From IMG/VR virus record IMGVR_UViG_3300046689_000393, positions 5,720 through 69,719 of that record: a stretch of DNA of 64,000 nt; one strand, given 5' to 3'. A program made the translations under genes and the position numbers. This DNA comes from a virus. This document shows, one piece after another, positions 47,379 to 57,694 of this stretch (the first letter of the stretch is position 1; each line of letters opens with the position of its first letter). Below the pieces are notes generated by a model, which saw nothing but the letters and a program-made list of their open reading frames with translations, searched no databases and was not told the origin of the DNA.

Positions 47379-50300
47379 ATGCCCGACGTGTTACCAGTTC
47401 CCTTTGCAAGTGGGACAGCGAATGCTCCTGTCGCGATTCAGGCGACTACGCCTCCGGCTGCCCCCGCTTTAGCCCCCGGTCTCCCCCAGGTTGGCGAGTT
47501 TGAGAAATTGACTGCCCCTCCGGCTGCGCCTGCGCCTCCCCCTCCGGCGGGAGTTCTTACGCCGGAACAAACGCAAGCCGCCGTGTCCGCGCCGACTACG
47601 CCTCCCCCTCCGGCGGGAACATTGACTCCTGAGCAGACCCAGGCCGCGCTCAGCCAGACCGCGCCTCCTCCTGCCGCCGGTAATTCTCTCAAAGACATGA
47701 CGGTGGACGAACTGGTTGCCTCCGCAAAAGCAAATCCGCAGTTCGACCCGGTTGCGCTTTATCAGCAATCCGACCCGGAAACCAAATCGAATCAGGAAGT
47801 TTGGGACAAGACCAAGCTCGCGCTCAATAAACTTCAGCAGCAAGGACTTTTCACCGGACTCTCTGTTGAGGGAGTGAAAAAAGCCGCCGTTGAAACCGGC
47901 AAGGGAATGTTTGGGTGGGCGGCGAACACGGTGAAGGCGCTGAAGGATTCTCCCGTCGCGGTCAAGGCTCTGTTTCATCAGGAGCTTACCCCGGAAGAAC
48001 GCAACACTTTTTATGACCGGCTGCGGGAGCAGACCGAAGGCGCTGCCGGGACTGCAACCGGGCTGCTCGGCCTTGGGGAAATGGCAGTCAAGGCGGGCAA
48101 GAAAGCGGCTCAGTGGATTGGCGCGGCACCGAGCCCCAAGGATTACACGTCTGCCGACATGGACCATGCGCTTGTCAATGAGATTGCAAATCGTGGCACG
48201 ATGGCGCGCGCTGCTAGTGGAAACATTCCTGGACTGAAGGACACCGTTGCCGCATTGGCGGAAGCGGGCAAACCAATTCGTCCGGAGAAAGTTTCGGAGG
48301 CTGCCGCTGGTTCGCCGTTCGTTTGGAAGGGTATGGGTCTTGCATTTGAGACCGCAGGCGCAGCCGCAAGAGCGGGAGCAAAAGTTTTAGGCAAAGTGGC
48401 TGGGGAATCTGTCATCCCGGCGGCAGCGCAAGATATTGCCGCGCTACCGGCAGCGAAACCGCTGGACGTTGGCGCAGCCGCAAGAGTGGCATTCGGCAGG
48501 ACGATGCAGGGCACCGGCGTAGCTGCTGAGAAGACCGGGGCAGGAATTGAAAAAGTCACGTCCTCGCCGACCTTCAAGACCGTTGCTCCTCTTATCGGCG
48601 CAGCGACCGGCGCGCATCACGGCGGAGTCGCCGGGGCAATTTTAGGCGGGCTCGGTGAAAAAGCTTTGGAGCAAATCCCTCGGCTCGGGGAGAAATACGG
48701 CGGCAGGATTGCGGAATTCGGAAAACAGATTGCAGGCCCGGCGGAGGAAGTCACCGGACGAGGAGTGCAGGCCGCTCGCGACATTTTAGAATCGACTCCC
48801 GCAGCAGTGGCCAGTCTCGGCACCGGCGCTGCGTTTGACGCCGGTCTATTGGCAGTCACCACAGACAAACCATCGGACCGCGACGGATTCATTCCTTTCG
48901 GGACTGCCTTCGGCGCTGCTGGCGCTGCAAAGGGGATGGGCTCCAGGATAGTCAGCGGGCAAATCATTGCTCCCAGGGCTTACGGGGAAAGCACTTTTGT
49001 TCCCAACACTCGGAATTTTGCGAACACCCTCGGCGCGATACACAACTCGGCCTACAACTCGGCGAACAAGGGAACACAGACTCGAATCAACGCGGTCCGG
49101 GGATTCGGAAAAGGAATCGGCTCCGACACAGAAGCTTTTTATGTTCCCAGGCCCGCCGAAGGCCAGCCCGACCAGTTACCGGCGGCGTTGGAGAAAGCCG
49201 GTCTGTCTCCTGACGACGCGCAATTTTATTCTCAGCAGCAGGGATTCAACGCGCTCAATTTGAAGGACAATAACGGAGTGACCCGGAAGGTTGTCCTTTT
49301 CCGTAACCTGGACGCCGCCCCTCATGAGGCAATGCACGCAATGGATGACGTGCTCGGCGCGAATGCGGTCCAGGCGCTCAACGACGCAGCGAAAAAATCC
49401 TACACTCCGGAAGAGTGGAACGGATACCTGGAGTCATACGCAAAGCGGCTCTCGGGAAATGGAACTTTAACCACGGACCCCGGCTCCTATGTGATTACGC
49501 AGTCCGGCAAGGGCGACGCAGCAGCGAGAGAAAAATTGATTGCTGGAATCGAGGACCCCGCAGCGCAGGCGAAGGCAATTACGGACGCGCAATCGGCAGC
49601 AGACGCGCAGGGAAAATCGCTTTGGGAAACTGTTCTCACCCCGGAAGAAAAACAGGGCGTAGTTGATAACTATATCGGCGACGAAATTCGCGCGGAGAAC
49701 GGCGACGCCTGGATGAAGGCTGGCCAGAGCCCGAACACGCTCGGCGGGAAAATGTGGCGCGGCGTGGCGAACATGATTTCGTTTTTCGGTGGTGAGCCTC
49801 TCGCAGGACGGACGACCGACTACGGGCAACTGCCGCTGAAATACAAAGTGGTGCAGGGGCAGGCGAAAGCAGCGAAAGGCTTGCGGGAAAATGCGCCCGT
49901 CACTGCTTCAGACATTACCCCGGCTGGAACTCCGCCCGTAGCTCCGCTCCCGTCGCACGCCATACCCGCCACTGAGGCGCAGAGGCAGCAGGCCGCTCAG
50001 GAAGCGCAGCAGATGGCCAACACTGCGACCACTCCGCCGGTCAAAGACGCCCTGGCGACGACTTCGGACGCAATCGCGAACAACGGCGGCGTAAAGATTG
50101 ACACCACGAGTCAGACCGGCAAAGAGTTTTTCCCCTATCGGGTAGTGCCGACGAAGGACGGCGGACATACTATCCTCGGCTGGGACCCCGGAATTTTCGA
50201 GCAGAACGCGCATGACTTTTTTCGCTACGTTTCGGACCATCCCGAAATCCAGGGGCTTGTGCCGTTCAAAACGGACACCGGTCTGCGGTCTCTTACGCCG

Positions 50301-53300
50301 CCGGAATGGGACCGTTTTCAGAAGGCAGTCAATACCTTTGTGCAGAATCAAATGGGCGGCTTTACTGGCGCGGGCCAGGAGCTTGTCGTCCCCTCTGGCA
50401 CCCAGGCGCGCGCGGGCGTGTTTCCGCCGGAGAAGACTGGTGCGAAGCCCGTCGCGCTACCCCAGGAGGAAGCGGACCTAATCAACCACCTTTTCAGCAG
50501 CAAGGGGCAACTCTCCGCCGTTCCTCGGACGGATATTGCCAGGGGAACGAAGCTGCCTCGTAATTTGCAGGCGCAGGAAATTTCTGAGGCGACCGCGCCG
50601 GGGAGAGTCACTCCGACTGGTCGTCAGTTCGCCGGGCCGGGAGCGGAGAAAATAGGCGTTGCCGGTTTGCCTATCGCAGAAGTGAATCCGCTTCGAGACG
50701 CGATGAAAAAAGCATCGCCGGGTTTGCCGGAGCCGAAAAATGTTTTGCAGCAGTTGAACGTTGCCAACATTAAGAAGGTGACCCCCGCGCCGGAGCTTCC
50801 GCAGTTCCGGGGCAACACGCTTTCTATTACTGCCGGTTTCAAACCGATGGAGCGCACCCCTATCGAAATCGAGGGGCCGGACGGCAAAAAATACCGAGCC
50901 ACTCACGACGGCTACCAGGATTTCAGTTCAATCGGAATGGGAATTGCGCCGCAGCTTACCGCAGTGGACGACCTGAGCCACTTAGGGGGTCCTATTGCGC
51001 GGTCAACCACCTACGGGCCTTCGCTGGAGAAGAAAGGTTTCAAGCTTCCGGAACTCAGGCCCCCGACTGCCGCAGAGGGCGCAGTCCCGGCGAAGCCAGA
51101 AGTAGCTTTTCAAGCGAAGCCGGTAGAAGACAAAGAAAAGCTTGTCCACTATTCGAATGTTGAGGGCCTGAAGACTCTGGAGCCGGAGTTTCACGGCACC
51201 GGCGTCGCTGGCGCTGAACTGGCGCGCAAACGGGATTACCCGGAGCTTTATGTTCCCCGGACATATCTCGGGACGAAGGGCTACGAGAAAGAGGGCGGAC
51301 TGGGCGACGTGCGATACCGGGCCGAAGTGAAGCGCGGAAATCTTTACGACATTGACCAAGACCCCAAAGGATTCTATCCCAGTTCCAAGGAACTCGAAGC
51401 CGCCGGGTATGCGCCGATGGACCAACGCGCCGCACTGTCGCTCTACGAAAAGCGAATTCAGGATGCCGGTTACGAGGGCTACCTAAGCCGCGAGAATAAC
51501 GCGGTTGCGAAGTTCACTTCGACGAAAGTGAAACAGCTTTCCCCAGGGGAGGCTGCTTTTCAGCCAGCCACAGCAGCCGGTGCAGAGAAGGGCGAAGAGA
51601 AGCGCGCCGAAAAACTTTGGACCGACAAGGGAACGAAGTCGCCATACTTCAAAAAGTGGTTTGGCAAATCGAAGGTAGTGGGCGAGGACAAGAAACCGAT
51701 TGTCGTCTATCATGGCACGACGCACCAGTTTGACGCCTTCAGCAATGAGCGCGGCAACCCGGAGAATTTCATGGGCGTGGGCCACTACTTTTCGGATGAC
51801 CCGAACGACGCTTCCGGAAATTACGAAGGCGTTGGGCCGGACTTGAGGAGTAGAATTGAGACCCTGACAGACCGGCTCGACAGCGAAGAATACAAAGGGC
51901 TAACGCGCTCACAGCTTGCAGACGTTGCCAGAGAAAAACTTGTTGGACCAGAACCGCGCACCATCGCGGCCTACCTGAAGATGGAAAATCCGGTCGTGCT
52001 AGACCGCAAGGGAGGCACTGAATTCAATTACGAATACGACGAAAATACTGGCACCGAAGGCGGCAGTGCAATGGACCTTTATAATTCGATTTTGAAGACC
52101 GCGCCGGAGTTTGGTCTGGACGGTCAAGAAGTGTGGAATGAAGTTTCTAAAAACGGAATCGACGGCGTATCGGCGTATGAAGCCGCCAGAATGTTAAGAG
52201 CGTCTGACGCCGTGACTGAAGCTAATATGCCGGAATCTGCCGGGACAGCAAAGACCGGGACTCTCGCTTCGCCTGAATTCGCCCGGCAAGTTTTCGAGAA
52301 CATGGGTTTCGACGGCATCGTTCTGAAAAACGCTGACCAGGAATTTCCTGGGATGGGCTTGCAGAAGGGCACGGACCATTACATCGCATTCCGTCCGGAG
52401 CAGGTGAAGTCCACAGACAATCGTGGGACGTTCGACCCGAACAAGCCGGAGTTTCAAGCGCAGCCGCCGAAGGCTGACAAAATCAACGACCTGGAGAACG
52501 TTCGCAACGCGACCCGATACGCGTCCATGTGGATGCACCCAAGCGGAGATATTTACAATGCGCACGACTCGCATCTTTTTTGGGCCGGTCACAATATCGA
52601 AGGCGCACGAGAGCACAAGAACGGAGCCGTTGAGGGCGCGCTTGGCAAAGGCTACGCCCGGCTGGCCAACATGAGCGGCTACATCGCCGCAGAGCACCGG
52701 GGACTTTCACCGAAGCAGCAAGGCGCGATGGAAGAACTCGCCAACGCAACCGGCAAAGGAATTACTGACGACCGGGGGCACACCATTGCAGAGCCTTCAA
52801 TGGCGGAGGCAGCTTTTCAGGCACCCAAGGCGGAAGACTTCAAAGACGAAACCAAACTTGCGGACGCTTTGAAGCAACCCGGTTGGGCGCTATTCACTGC
52901 GACGCAGGAGAGCAAAGGCGCGGGCACTGACAAAGTCAATGTTGAGGCGAACGACCAGCTTGAAAAAGAGTTGCGCGACGCAGGGTTCGACCCCATCGAA
53001 GTCAAAGGCAATTACAAGGGCGTTGACCAGGGCAAGAATTTCATCGTGCCGGGAATGACTCAGGAGCAGGCCACGGAGTGGGGCAATAAATACGGGCAAG
53101 AGTCCGTGTTGACAAACAAGGGTCTTATTTACAACGACGGCACTCTGTCGCCGGTGAACCACGATAACACCGTGGTAGGCAAAGAGGCAAAGAACCTGGA
53201 TTTCTACTCCCAGGTGCCCGGCGGGCCAGCGTTCAGCATGGGCGTTGATTTCGCTCGCCGAATCCCTCTCAAGAGAGAGGCGAAGCAGCAAAGTCTTTTA

Positions 53301-54395
53301 GGCGGCGAAGAGAAAAATGCTCTGTCTACGAAACAGGTTTCCGAAATGGGCACCCAGGAACTTCGGGACTATTACCCGGAGGCGACTGTCCCGAATAAGG
53401 TCCGCAACAAGGCGGGCGAATTGGTGGACCCGCAAATTTCTTCCGACATTGTCAACGCTCCCCTGATTAAGGGAATGGACAGGCCAGAGGCAGTGAAGAC
53501 TTACGCCGCAAAGCTCGTTGAGGAAGCGAAGAAATGGATAGACCATCCGTATTTTAAAGAGGGCCTCAAGTGGTATTCCGAATTCACTCCGCAACTCAAG
53601 AGGGTCTACGGAAAGCACGCGCAAATGATGGCGGAATTGCTGGCAGCCACTTCGCCGAATAACAACCCGGACACGAATTTCGCTTTCGCCAATGACGCGC
53701 TCCAGGGTTACAAGGCTGGCCGGTTCGACAAGCAAATCAAAAAGTTCGAAGAGGGTCTGGAAAAAGTGAAAGACGGCTCCTGGGAAAAATGGTTGAAAAA
53801 GCAGGAGCCCGAAGGCGTCCAGTCAGAAGCGAATTTTCTGAAGAACTGGACGGAGAAATTTGACCTGCGCCCGAAGCAGTCCAACGGGAAACTTTACGGG
53901 ATGCACTCTGACGCAGTGCTCCAGGTTTTCGCTCGGCAATGGCTGGAGCAGACCCAGGGGCCGAAGACTCAGAACTTCGTGCAGAATCTTCTAGGCACCG
54001 GGCACGAAGCGACGATTGACGTTTGGGCAGACCGCACAATGCGACGCTTGGGCTACCAGGACGCAAATCCTCGCTGGCGAATTCTGCCGAAGAACTCGAC
54101 CGGCGTCAACGATGCAGACTTTGCTTTGTCGCAGGAAGTTTTCCGCGAAGCAGCGAAGCAACTCGGTGTGCAGCCGGACGCGCTCCAAGGCGGCATGTGG
54201 TTCGCCGAAAAACAACATTGGGCCGACAACGCTTGGGGACGCCTGGACTTGGGCGACTACCGGAAGGAAATCGGAAAAGTGCCGATGCTCGAATCGGGAA
54301 TTCAACAGCGGCTCGCAGCGCAGAAGGCTCAGGCAAAAGCGAAGCCGATGGAGCAGACCGGATTTGATTTGGTATCACCAGCACCAAGACGATGA
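47379..54395 (+). CDS. Large polyvalent (probably injected) protein, 2338 aa
   Basis: HEAMH zincin-like motif; WFGKSKVV..VVYHGT..G.YF ADP-ribosyltransferase-like module; DUF3293-like module; C-terminal WY..LAATSP..GPKTQNF..TIDVW..LQGGMW module. Confidence 0.8.
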   Translation: MPDVLPVPFASGTANAPVAIQATTPPAAPALAPGLPQVGEFEKLTAPPAAPAPPPPAGVLTPEQTQAAVSAPTTPPPPAGTLTPEQTQAALSQTAPPPAAGNSLKDMTVDELVASAKANPQFDPVALYQQSDPETKSNQEVWDKTKLALNKLQQQGLFTGLSVEGVKKAAVETGKGMFGWAANTVKALKDSPVAVKALFHQELTPEERNTFYDRLREQTEGAAGTATGLLGLGEMAVKAGKKAAQWIGAAPSPKDYTSADMDHALVNEIANRGTMARAASGNIPGLKDTVAALAEAGKPIRPEKVSEAAAGSPFVWKGMGLAFETAGAAARAGAKVLGKVAGESVIPAAAQDIAALPAAKPLDVGAAARVAFGRTMQGTGVAAEKTGAGIEKVTSSPTFKTVAPLIGAATGAHHGGVAGAILGGLGEKALEQIPRLGEKYGGRIAEFGKQIAGPAEEVTGRGVQAARDILESTPAAVASLGTGAAFDAGLLAVTTDKPSDRDGFIPFGTAFGAAGAAKGMGSRIVSGQIIAPRAYGESTFVPNTRNFANTLGAIHNSAYNSANKGTQTRINAVRGFGKGIGSDTEAFYVPRPAEGQPDQLPAALEKAGLSPDDAQFYSQQQGFNALNLKDNNGVTRKVVLFRNLDAAPHEAMHAMDDVLGANAVQALNDAAKKSYTPEEWNGYLESYAKRLSGNGTLTTDPGSYVITQSGKGDAAAREKLIAGIEDPAAQAKAITDAQSAADAQGKSLWETVLTPEEKQGVVDNYIGDEIRAENGDAWMKAGQSPNTLGGKMWRGVANMISFFGGEPLAGRTTDYGQLPLKYKVVQGQAKAAKGLRENAPVTASDITPAGTPPVAPLPSHAIPATEAQRQQAAQEAQQMANTATTPPVKDALATTSDAIANNGGVKIDTTSQTGKEFFPYRVVPTKDGGHTILGWDPGIFEQNAHDFFRYVSDHPEIQGLVPFKTDTGLRSLTPPEWDRFQKAVNTFVQNQMGGFTGAGQELVVPSGTQARAGVFPPEKTGAKPVALPQEEADLINHLFSSKGQLSAVPRTDIARGTKLPRNLQAQEISEATAPGRVTPTGRQFAGPGAEKIGVAGLPIAEVNPLRDAMKKASPGLPEPKNVLQQLNVANIKKVTPAPELPQFRGNTLSITAGFKPMERTPIEIEGPDGKKYRATHDGYQDFSSIGMGIAPQLTAVDDLSHLGGPIARSTTYGPSLEKKGFKLPELRPPTAAEGAVPAKPEVAFQAKPVEDKEKLVHYSNVEGLKTLEPEFHGTGVAGAELARKRDYPELYVPRTYLGTKGYEKEGGLGDVRYRAEVKRGNLYDIDQDPKGFYPSSKELEAAGYAPMDQRAALSLYEKRIQDAGYEGYLSRENNAVAKFTSTKVKQLSPGEAAFQPATAAGAEKGEEKRAEKLWTDKGTKSPYFKKWFGKSKVVGEDKKPIVVYHGTTHQFDAFSNERGNPENFMGVGHYFSDDPNDASGNYEGVGPDLRSRIETLTDRLDSEEYKGLTRSQLADVAREKLVGPEPRTIAAYLKMENPVVLDRKGGTEFNYEYDENTGTEGGSAMDLYNSILKTAPEFGLDGQEVWNEVSKNGIDGVSAYEAARMLRASDAVTEANMPESAGTAKTGTLASPEFARQVFENMGFDGIVLKNADQEFPGMGLQKGTDHYIAFRPEQVKSTDNRGTFDPNKPEFQAQPPKADKINDLENVRNATRYASMWMHPSGDIYNAHDSHLFWAGHNIEGAREHKNGAVEGALGKGYARLANMSGYIAAEHRGLSPKQQGAMEELANATGKGITDDRGHTIAEPSMAEAAFQAPKAEDFKDETKLADALKQPGWALFTATQESKGAGTDKVNVEANDQLEKELRDAGFDPIEVKGNYKGVDQGKNFIVPGMTQEQATEWGNKYGQESVLTNKGLIYNDGTLSPVNHDNTVVGKEAKNLDFYSQVPGGPAFSMGVDFARRIPLKREAKQQSLLGGEEKNALSTKQVSEMGTQELRDYYPEATVPNKVRNKAGELVDPQISSDIVNAPLIKGMDRPEAVKTYAAKLVEEAKKWIDHPYFKEGLKWYSEFTPQLKRVYGKHAQMMAELLAATSPNNNPDTNFAFANDALQGYKAGRFDKQIKKFEEGLEKVKDGSWEKWLKKQEPEGVQSEANFLKNWTEKFDLRPKQSNGKLYGMHSDAVLQVFARQWLEQTQGPKTQNFVQNLLGTGHEATIDVWADRTMRRLGYQDANPRWRILPKNSTGVNDADFALSQEVFREAAKQLGVQPDALQGGMWFAEKQHWADNAWGRLDLGDYRKEIGKVPMLESGIQQRLAAQKAQAKAKPMEQTGFDLVSPAPRR

Positions 54396-54553
54396 AAAAT
54401 TTAAAAAAGCTCTACACTCCTGAAATGCAGCACGCGGCTCAAATCGCTGCTGCTCCAGTCACCGGGCCGGACATGTGGACGGAATTCCTAAAGCAGATAC
54501 CCAGGGACAAAAAAGCTCCGCTTGTCGAGCCCCGCAAATTGAAAGACCATTGA
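54392..54553 (+). CDS. Small hypothetical protein (53 aa)
   Basis: Hand translation MKNLKKLYTPEMQHAAQ...; ATGA overlap. Confidence 0.55.
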   Translation: MKNLKKLYTPEMQHAAQIAAAPVTGPDMWTEFLKQIPRDKKAPLVEPRKLKDH

Positions 54554-54556
54554 TAT

Positions 54557-55258
54557 ATGCCAGACGCAAACTTAGTCCAGCCCCTCGACCCCAGCCAATC
54601 GCCCGCCGCTCCCCAGGCACAAGCCACGCCGCAGGAAGTGCAGCCCGCCCAAGGAGCCGCAGCGCCCGCCGGTCCTGCATTGCCTCATGACCTTTTGAAA
54701 CAACCGGCCATGCAGGCCCTAATGGCTGGCGCGCCTCCGGCTGCCTCGATACCAATCAAAGAGTTTGGCAAGCGCGACGAGGGGAAGCTCCTGGCGAAGA
54801 ACAAGGACCTTTTGCAGCAGGCCGGTTTCATGTTCTACCGCTCCATGCACGGCAACACCGGCGTCATTTTCAACGCCCTCCACATTCACCCGGAGGACAT
54901 TCAGGCAGCCGACAAGGCGGGCAAGCTCCAGGTTATCGCGCCCCCGTGGGACGTGATTGACCACGCAGTAGCGAAGTCCGGCCACAATAACCCGGTTTTG
55001 AGCCGGACGCACGCTCCGACCGGCTTCGCCTCGCCAACGCCCAAAGCTCCGCCTCAAATGGGCGGGCAGCTTGCCCCAGGACAAGCCCCGGCTCCGGCGG
55101 CTATGTCGTCCCCCTCGGGGCCGCAGGGCTTGCCAGCGGGGGCGCAGCGTTCACTGGCGGGGGCTAGAATTAAGGCTTTGCAGCCGGGGGCACCAACGAG
55201 CGGACCAGAGCCGGGTGCGGGGCGGTTATTGAACCAGATACTTCGCCCGGTCGTGTAA
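54557..55258 (+). CDS. Pro/Ala-rich hypothetical protein
   Basis: 233-aa ORF, last gene of the plus arm. Confidence 0.7.
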   Translation: MPDANLVQPLDPSQSPAAPQAQATPQEVQPAQGAAAPAGPALPHDLLKQPAMQALMAGAPPAASIPIKEFGKRDEGKLLAKNKDLLQQAGFMFYRSMHGNTGVIFNALHIHPEDIQAADKAGKLQVIAPPWDVIDHAVAKSGHNNPVLSRTHAPTGFASPTPKAPPQMGGQLAPGQAPAPAAMSSPSGPQGLPAGAQRSLAGARIKALQPGAPTSGPEPGAGRLLNQILRPVV

Positions 55259-55766
55259 TTTTCGCACCCTTGCGAATATTGTCAATCGCCCAAAGAGGCT
55301 GCAAATTTCGGTAGTGGAAGCAGACACGCTGTTGCGCGGGGTCTGTCAAGTCAAACTTCGAGCAAGGCCGAACATGGTCAATATGCCACCGGCCATAGTT
55401 CCCCCAAGTCATCCCAGGCGAAAAAAGGCTTTCCAGGTGCGCGCGTAGGGCGAGCACCGAACACCCCACAAGCTCCAGGGCGTGCCCGTGATGCCCAAAA
55501 GCAGCTTGTCGAAGGCGGCTTCGAAGGCTTTTCACAAGACGGAATTCGGGCGAACTTTTTCGCTTACGGGTTTCCCATCGTCTTTGCTGTGCACGAGTAT
55601 TATCTGTCCGGCGCTGAACTGAATCCTTACCGGAAGGTCGTGTATCTCGCCGCCGCGAATTCTGACAATCCCGGCACACGCCGCCAAGCAAATCCCAAGT
55701 TCGCGGGTGATACTTGAATTGGTCCGCCGTCTTGGGCTCGCCGCACTTTGAACAGACTTTAATCAT
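55170..55766 (-). CDS. HNH endonuclease with N-terminal zinc finger
   Basis: CSKC..CRDC; HLESLFSPGMTWGNYGRWHIDHVRPC..FDLT..CFHYRNLQPLW. Confidence 0.9.
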   Translation of the reverse strand: MIKVCSKCGEPKTADQFKYHPRTWDLLGGVCRDCQNSRRRDTRPSGKDSVQRRTDNTRAQQRRWETRKRKSSPEFRLVKSLRSRLRQAAFGHHGHALELVGCSVLALRAHLESLFSPGMTWGNYGRWHIDHVRPCSKFDLTDPAQQRVCFHYRNLQPLWAIDNIRKGAKITRPGEVSGSITAPHPALVRSLVPPAAKP

Positions 55767-55806
55767 GCCGCTTGAAAAAGAGTATATAGGTGAAGCACGG
55801 CTTCAT

Positions 55807-57075
55807 CTAAATAGGAAAAGCCGCCGGAACAGTATAGGGCGTCGTGTCTCGTTTCTCCGCGAATTTGAGACTCAATGGATACTCTGCGGTCCGGCCAAAT
55901 TTCGGATGCACAAAAAGGAGCCTCTGCATCGCGTCAACCGGATTGAAGTTTTCGGCCAGTGCGTAATTGTCCAGGCCAGGGAAACCCCCGTTGACGATAA
56001 TCTCCCCCAGCGCGTGCGGAAGCTGAATTCCCCGGTGAAGATGGCCCGTGACGTAGTAGTGGGGCGCTTGCTGTTCATGCTTCGCAAAAAGTTGAGCCGT
56101 GGTTGAGAGTTGCCGACCGAAAGCGTGGTTGGGAATTCCGAGCGCCTTATCGCCGCCGCGCAAGTGGTCACCGTGCGACGCATGGAAAGTAAAACCTTGC
56201 ACCTGGAAAAGAGCGAACGGCTGCATGTTCAGGTTCCATTCTATTTTCGAAACGTCATGCGTGAGCGCCTCGACCAGCGCGTAGAGAAACATGTCGAGAT
56301 TCGAATACCGGTTTTCCGTGGGCATCTTTTTCTGAGTGCCCCAGCGGGTGTGATTTCCAACGACGGTTTGAATCCGGAGCTTCGGCACGTAGGCCGATAG
56401 GTTGCGCAGGAATTGGGCGATGGCGTGCCCGGCGCTGTAATACTGAGTGAACAGGGTCACATGCTGCGCTGCCTCTGCGGAGTGGTTCAGCGCGCCGTGC
56501 AGGAAGTCGCCCAGCATCGGCACGACCAATTCGTCAATCTTCGTGGTCGTGTGCTTCGTGAGGATGGAAATTGTAGACTCTTCCAGGTATTTCAGCCGGG
56601 CCAGGAAAATGTCGAAATTGTATTCGCCAAACCCAAGGGTCTGCTCCGGCTTAATGATTTGGCCTACGTGCGTGTCGGAGAACAGCAGCACGGCGCTTTG
56701 TGGCTTGCTGCCTTTCCTATCGGTGAGCACCACGGGAGGCGCGTCCGTGTAGCTCAGGGGCGCTTGCGACTTAATGTCGGCGACCAGGGACTCAACCACG
56801 GAGTTTTCCTTCAGCGCCTTCTCGTATTTCTTCGAGAGTGTGCTGTATCTTTCCTTCCACACTTCATCGGAGACCCTGGCGCGGTCCTCCTTGTAAGGAG
56901 TCTCAGCAGCCACCGCAACCGGCGGCGCGTATGTGCTCGGGATGCTGAGTTTACCGCATTTGAGTTCAACGGACTTCGGCGTCCGGTCCATTTGGAACGC
57001 GATTTGTCCCACTGTCTTGCCCGATTTGCGGAGTTCCTTCAGAGTCTCGATTTGTTTTTTCGTCCAGTTTTTCAT
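55807..57075 (-). CDS. Calcineurin-like metallophosphoesterase with N-terminal HTH
   Basis: SDTHVG, LGD, VGNH, HGD, GHLH; N-terminal WT....L..G....IA..M.RT..SV. Confidence 0.85.
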   Translation of the reverse strand: MKNWTKKQIETLKELRKSGKTVGQIAFQMDRTPKSVELKCGKLSIPSTYAPPVAVAAETPYKEDRARVSDEVWKERYSTLSKKYEKALKENSVVESLVADIKSQAPLSYTDAPPVVLTDRKGSKPQSAVLLFSDTHVGQIIKPEQTLGFGEYNFDIFLARLKYLEESTISILTKHTTTKIDELVVPMLGDFLHGALNHSAEAAQHVTLFTQYYSAGHAIAQFLRNLSAYVPKLRIQTVVGNHTRWGTQKKMPTENRYSNLDMFLYALVEALTHDVSKIEWNLNMQPFALFQVQGFTFHASHGDHLRGGDKALGIPNHAFGRQLSTTAQLFAKHEQQAPHYYVTGHLHRGIQLPHALGEIIVNGGFPGLDNYALAENFNPVDAMQRLLFVHPKFGRTAEYPLSLKFAEKRDTTPYTVPAAFPI

Positions 57076-57694
57076 TTTGGTCTATTGGGAACGGCCCAAG
57101 GGGCGTCCCGGTTTCTAGGTGTTTTTCTCGTTGTTTTGCCCAAGCTAAAACTTTTTCATTGGCGACTCCGTGCCAAGCATCATCGAAAGCCTCGATTGCT
57201 TCAGCGGGAGAACTCCCGACACCGACGACGCCTTGCTCCATAAAATCAATGTTGCCCAGGAAGGCGCACCAGGAGCCATCCACAAGCCGGAGCATCGTAG
57301 GCCGGTATCGAAAGTGCGGTGAGGAAATCTCTGCGGCGGCGTCGCGCTGTTTTTCTAAAAGCTGGTTGTTCAGGACTTGCGCCTCAGAAAATTTCTTCTC
57401 CGCCTCAAGCTGGAAGTCCATTGACCATCGGCTGTCCTCTTTCAGAATCGAGTCCAGGCGCTCGCAGGCGGAGCGCACTGTGTTCTCTATGGAAATGCGC
57501 GCCTCGGTTTCGCAAGGAGTGAGCTTTTCCGTGCTCGGGTCCATCCGTAAGAAGTGCGCCAGCACGGACGATGACATACCCAGGACTTGCATCAGCGAGT
57601 CCAGTTGGTAGCGCGTCACGATTTCACGCGAGGCCATGCTTAACTGCGGCGACTCGTGTCGATTCTTCCGAGATTGTGTTTTGCCCATAGCCAT
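56966..57694 (-). CDS. Hypothetical protein (start uncertain)
   Basis: ORF; C-terminal W.A......GVGSSPAEA..AFD resembles a HicB-like fold (weak). Confidence 0.6.
   Translation of the reverse strand: MAMGKTQSRKNRHESPQLSMASREIVTRYQLDSLMQVLGMSSSVLAHFLRMDPSTEKLTPCETEARISIENTVRSACERLDSILKEDSRWSMDFQLEAEKKFSEAQVLNNQLLEKQRDAAAEISSPHFRYRPTMLRLVDGSWCAFLGNIDFMEQGVVGVGSSPAEAIEAFDDAWHGVANEKVLAWAKQREKHLETGTPLGPFPIDQNEKLDEKTNRDSEGTPQIGQDSGTNRVPNGPDAEVR

Noticed and set aside
47533-47655. Tandem repeat PPPPAG.LTPEQTQAA.S in the giant protein
   Set aside because: It is a simple two-copy low-complexity duplication, with no reverse transcriptase or adenine-specific variation to suggest a DGR.
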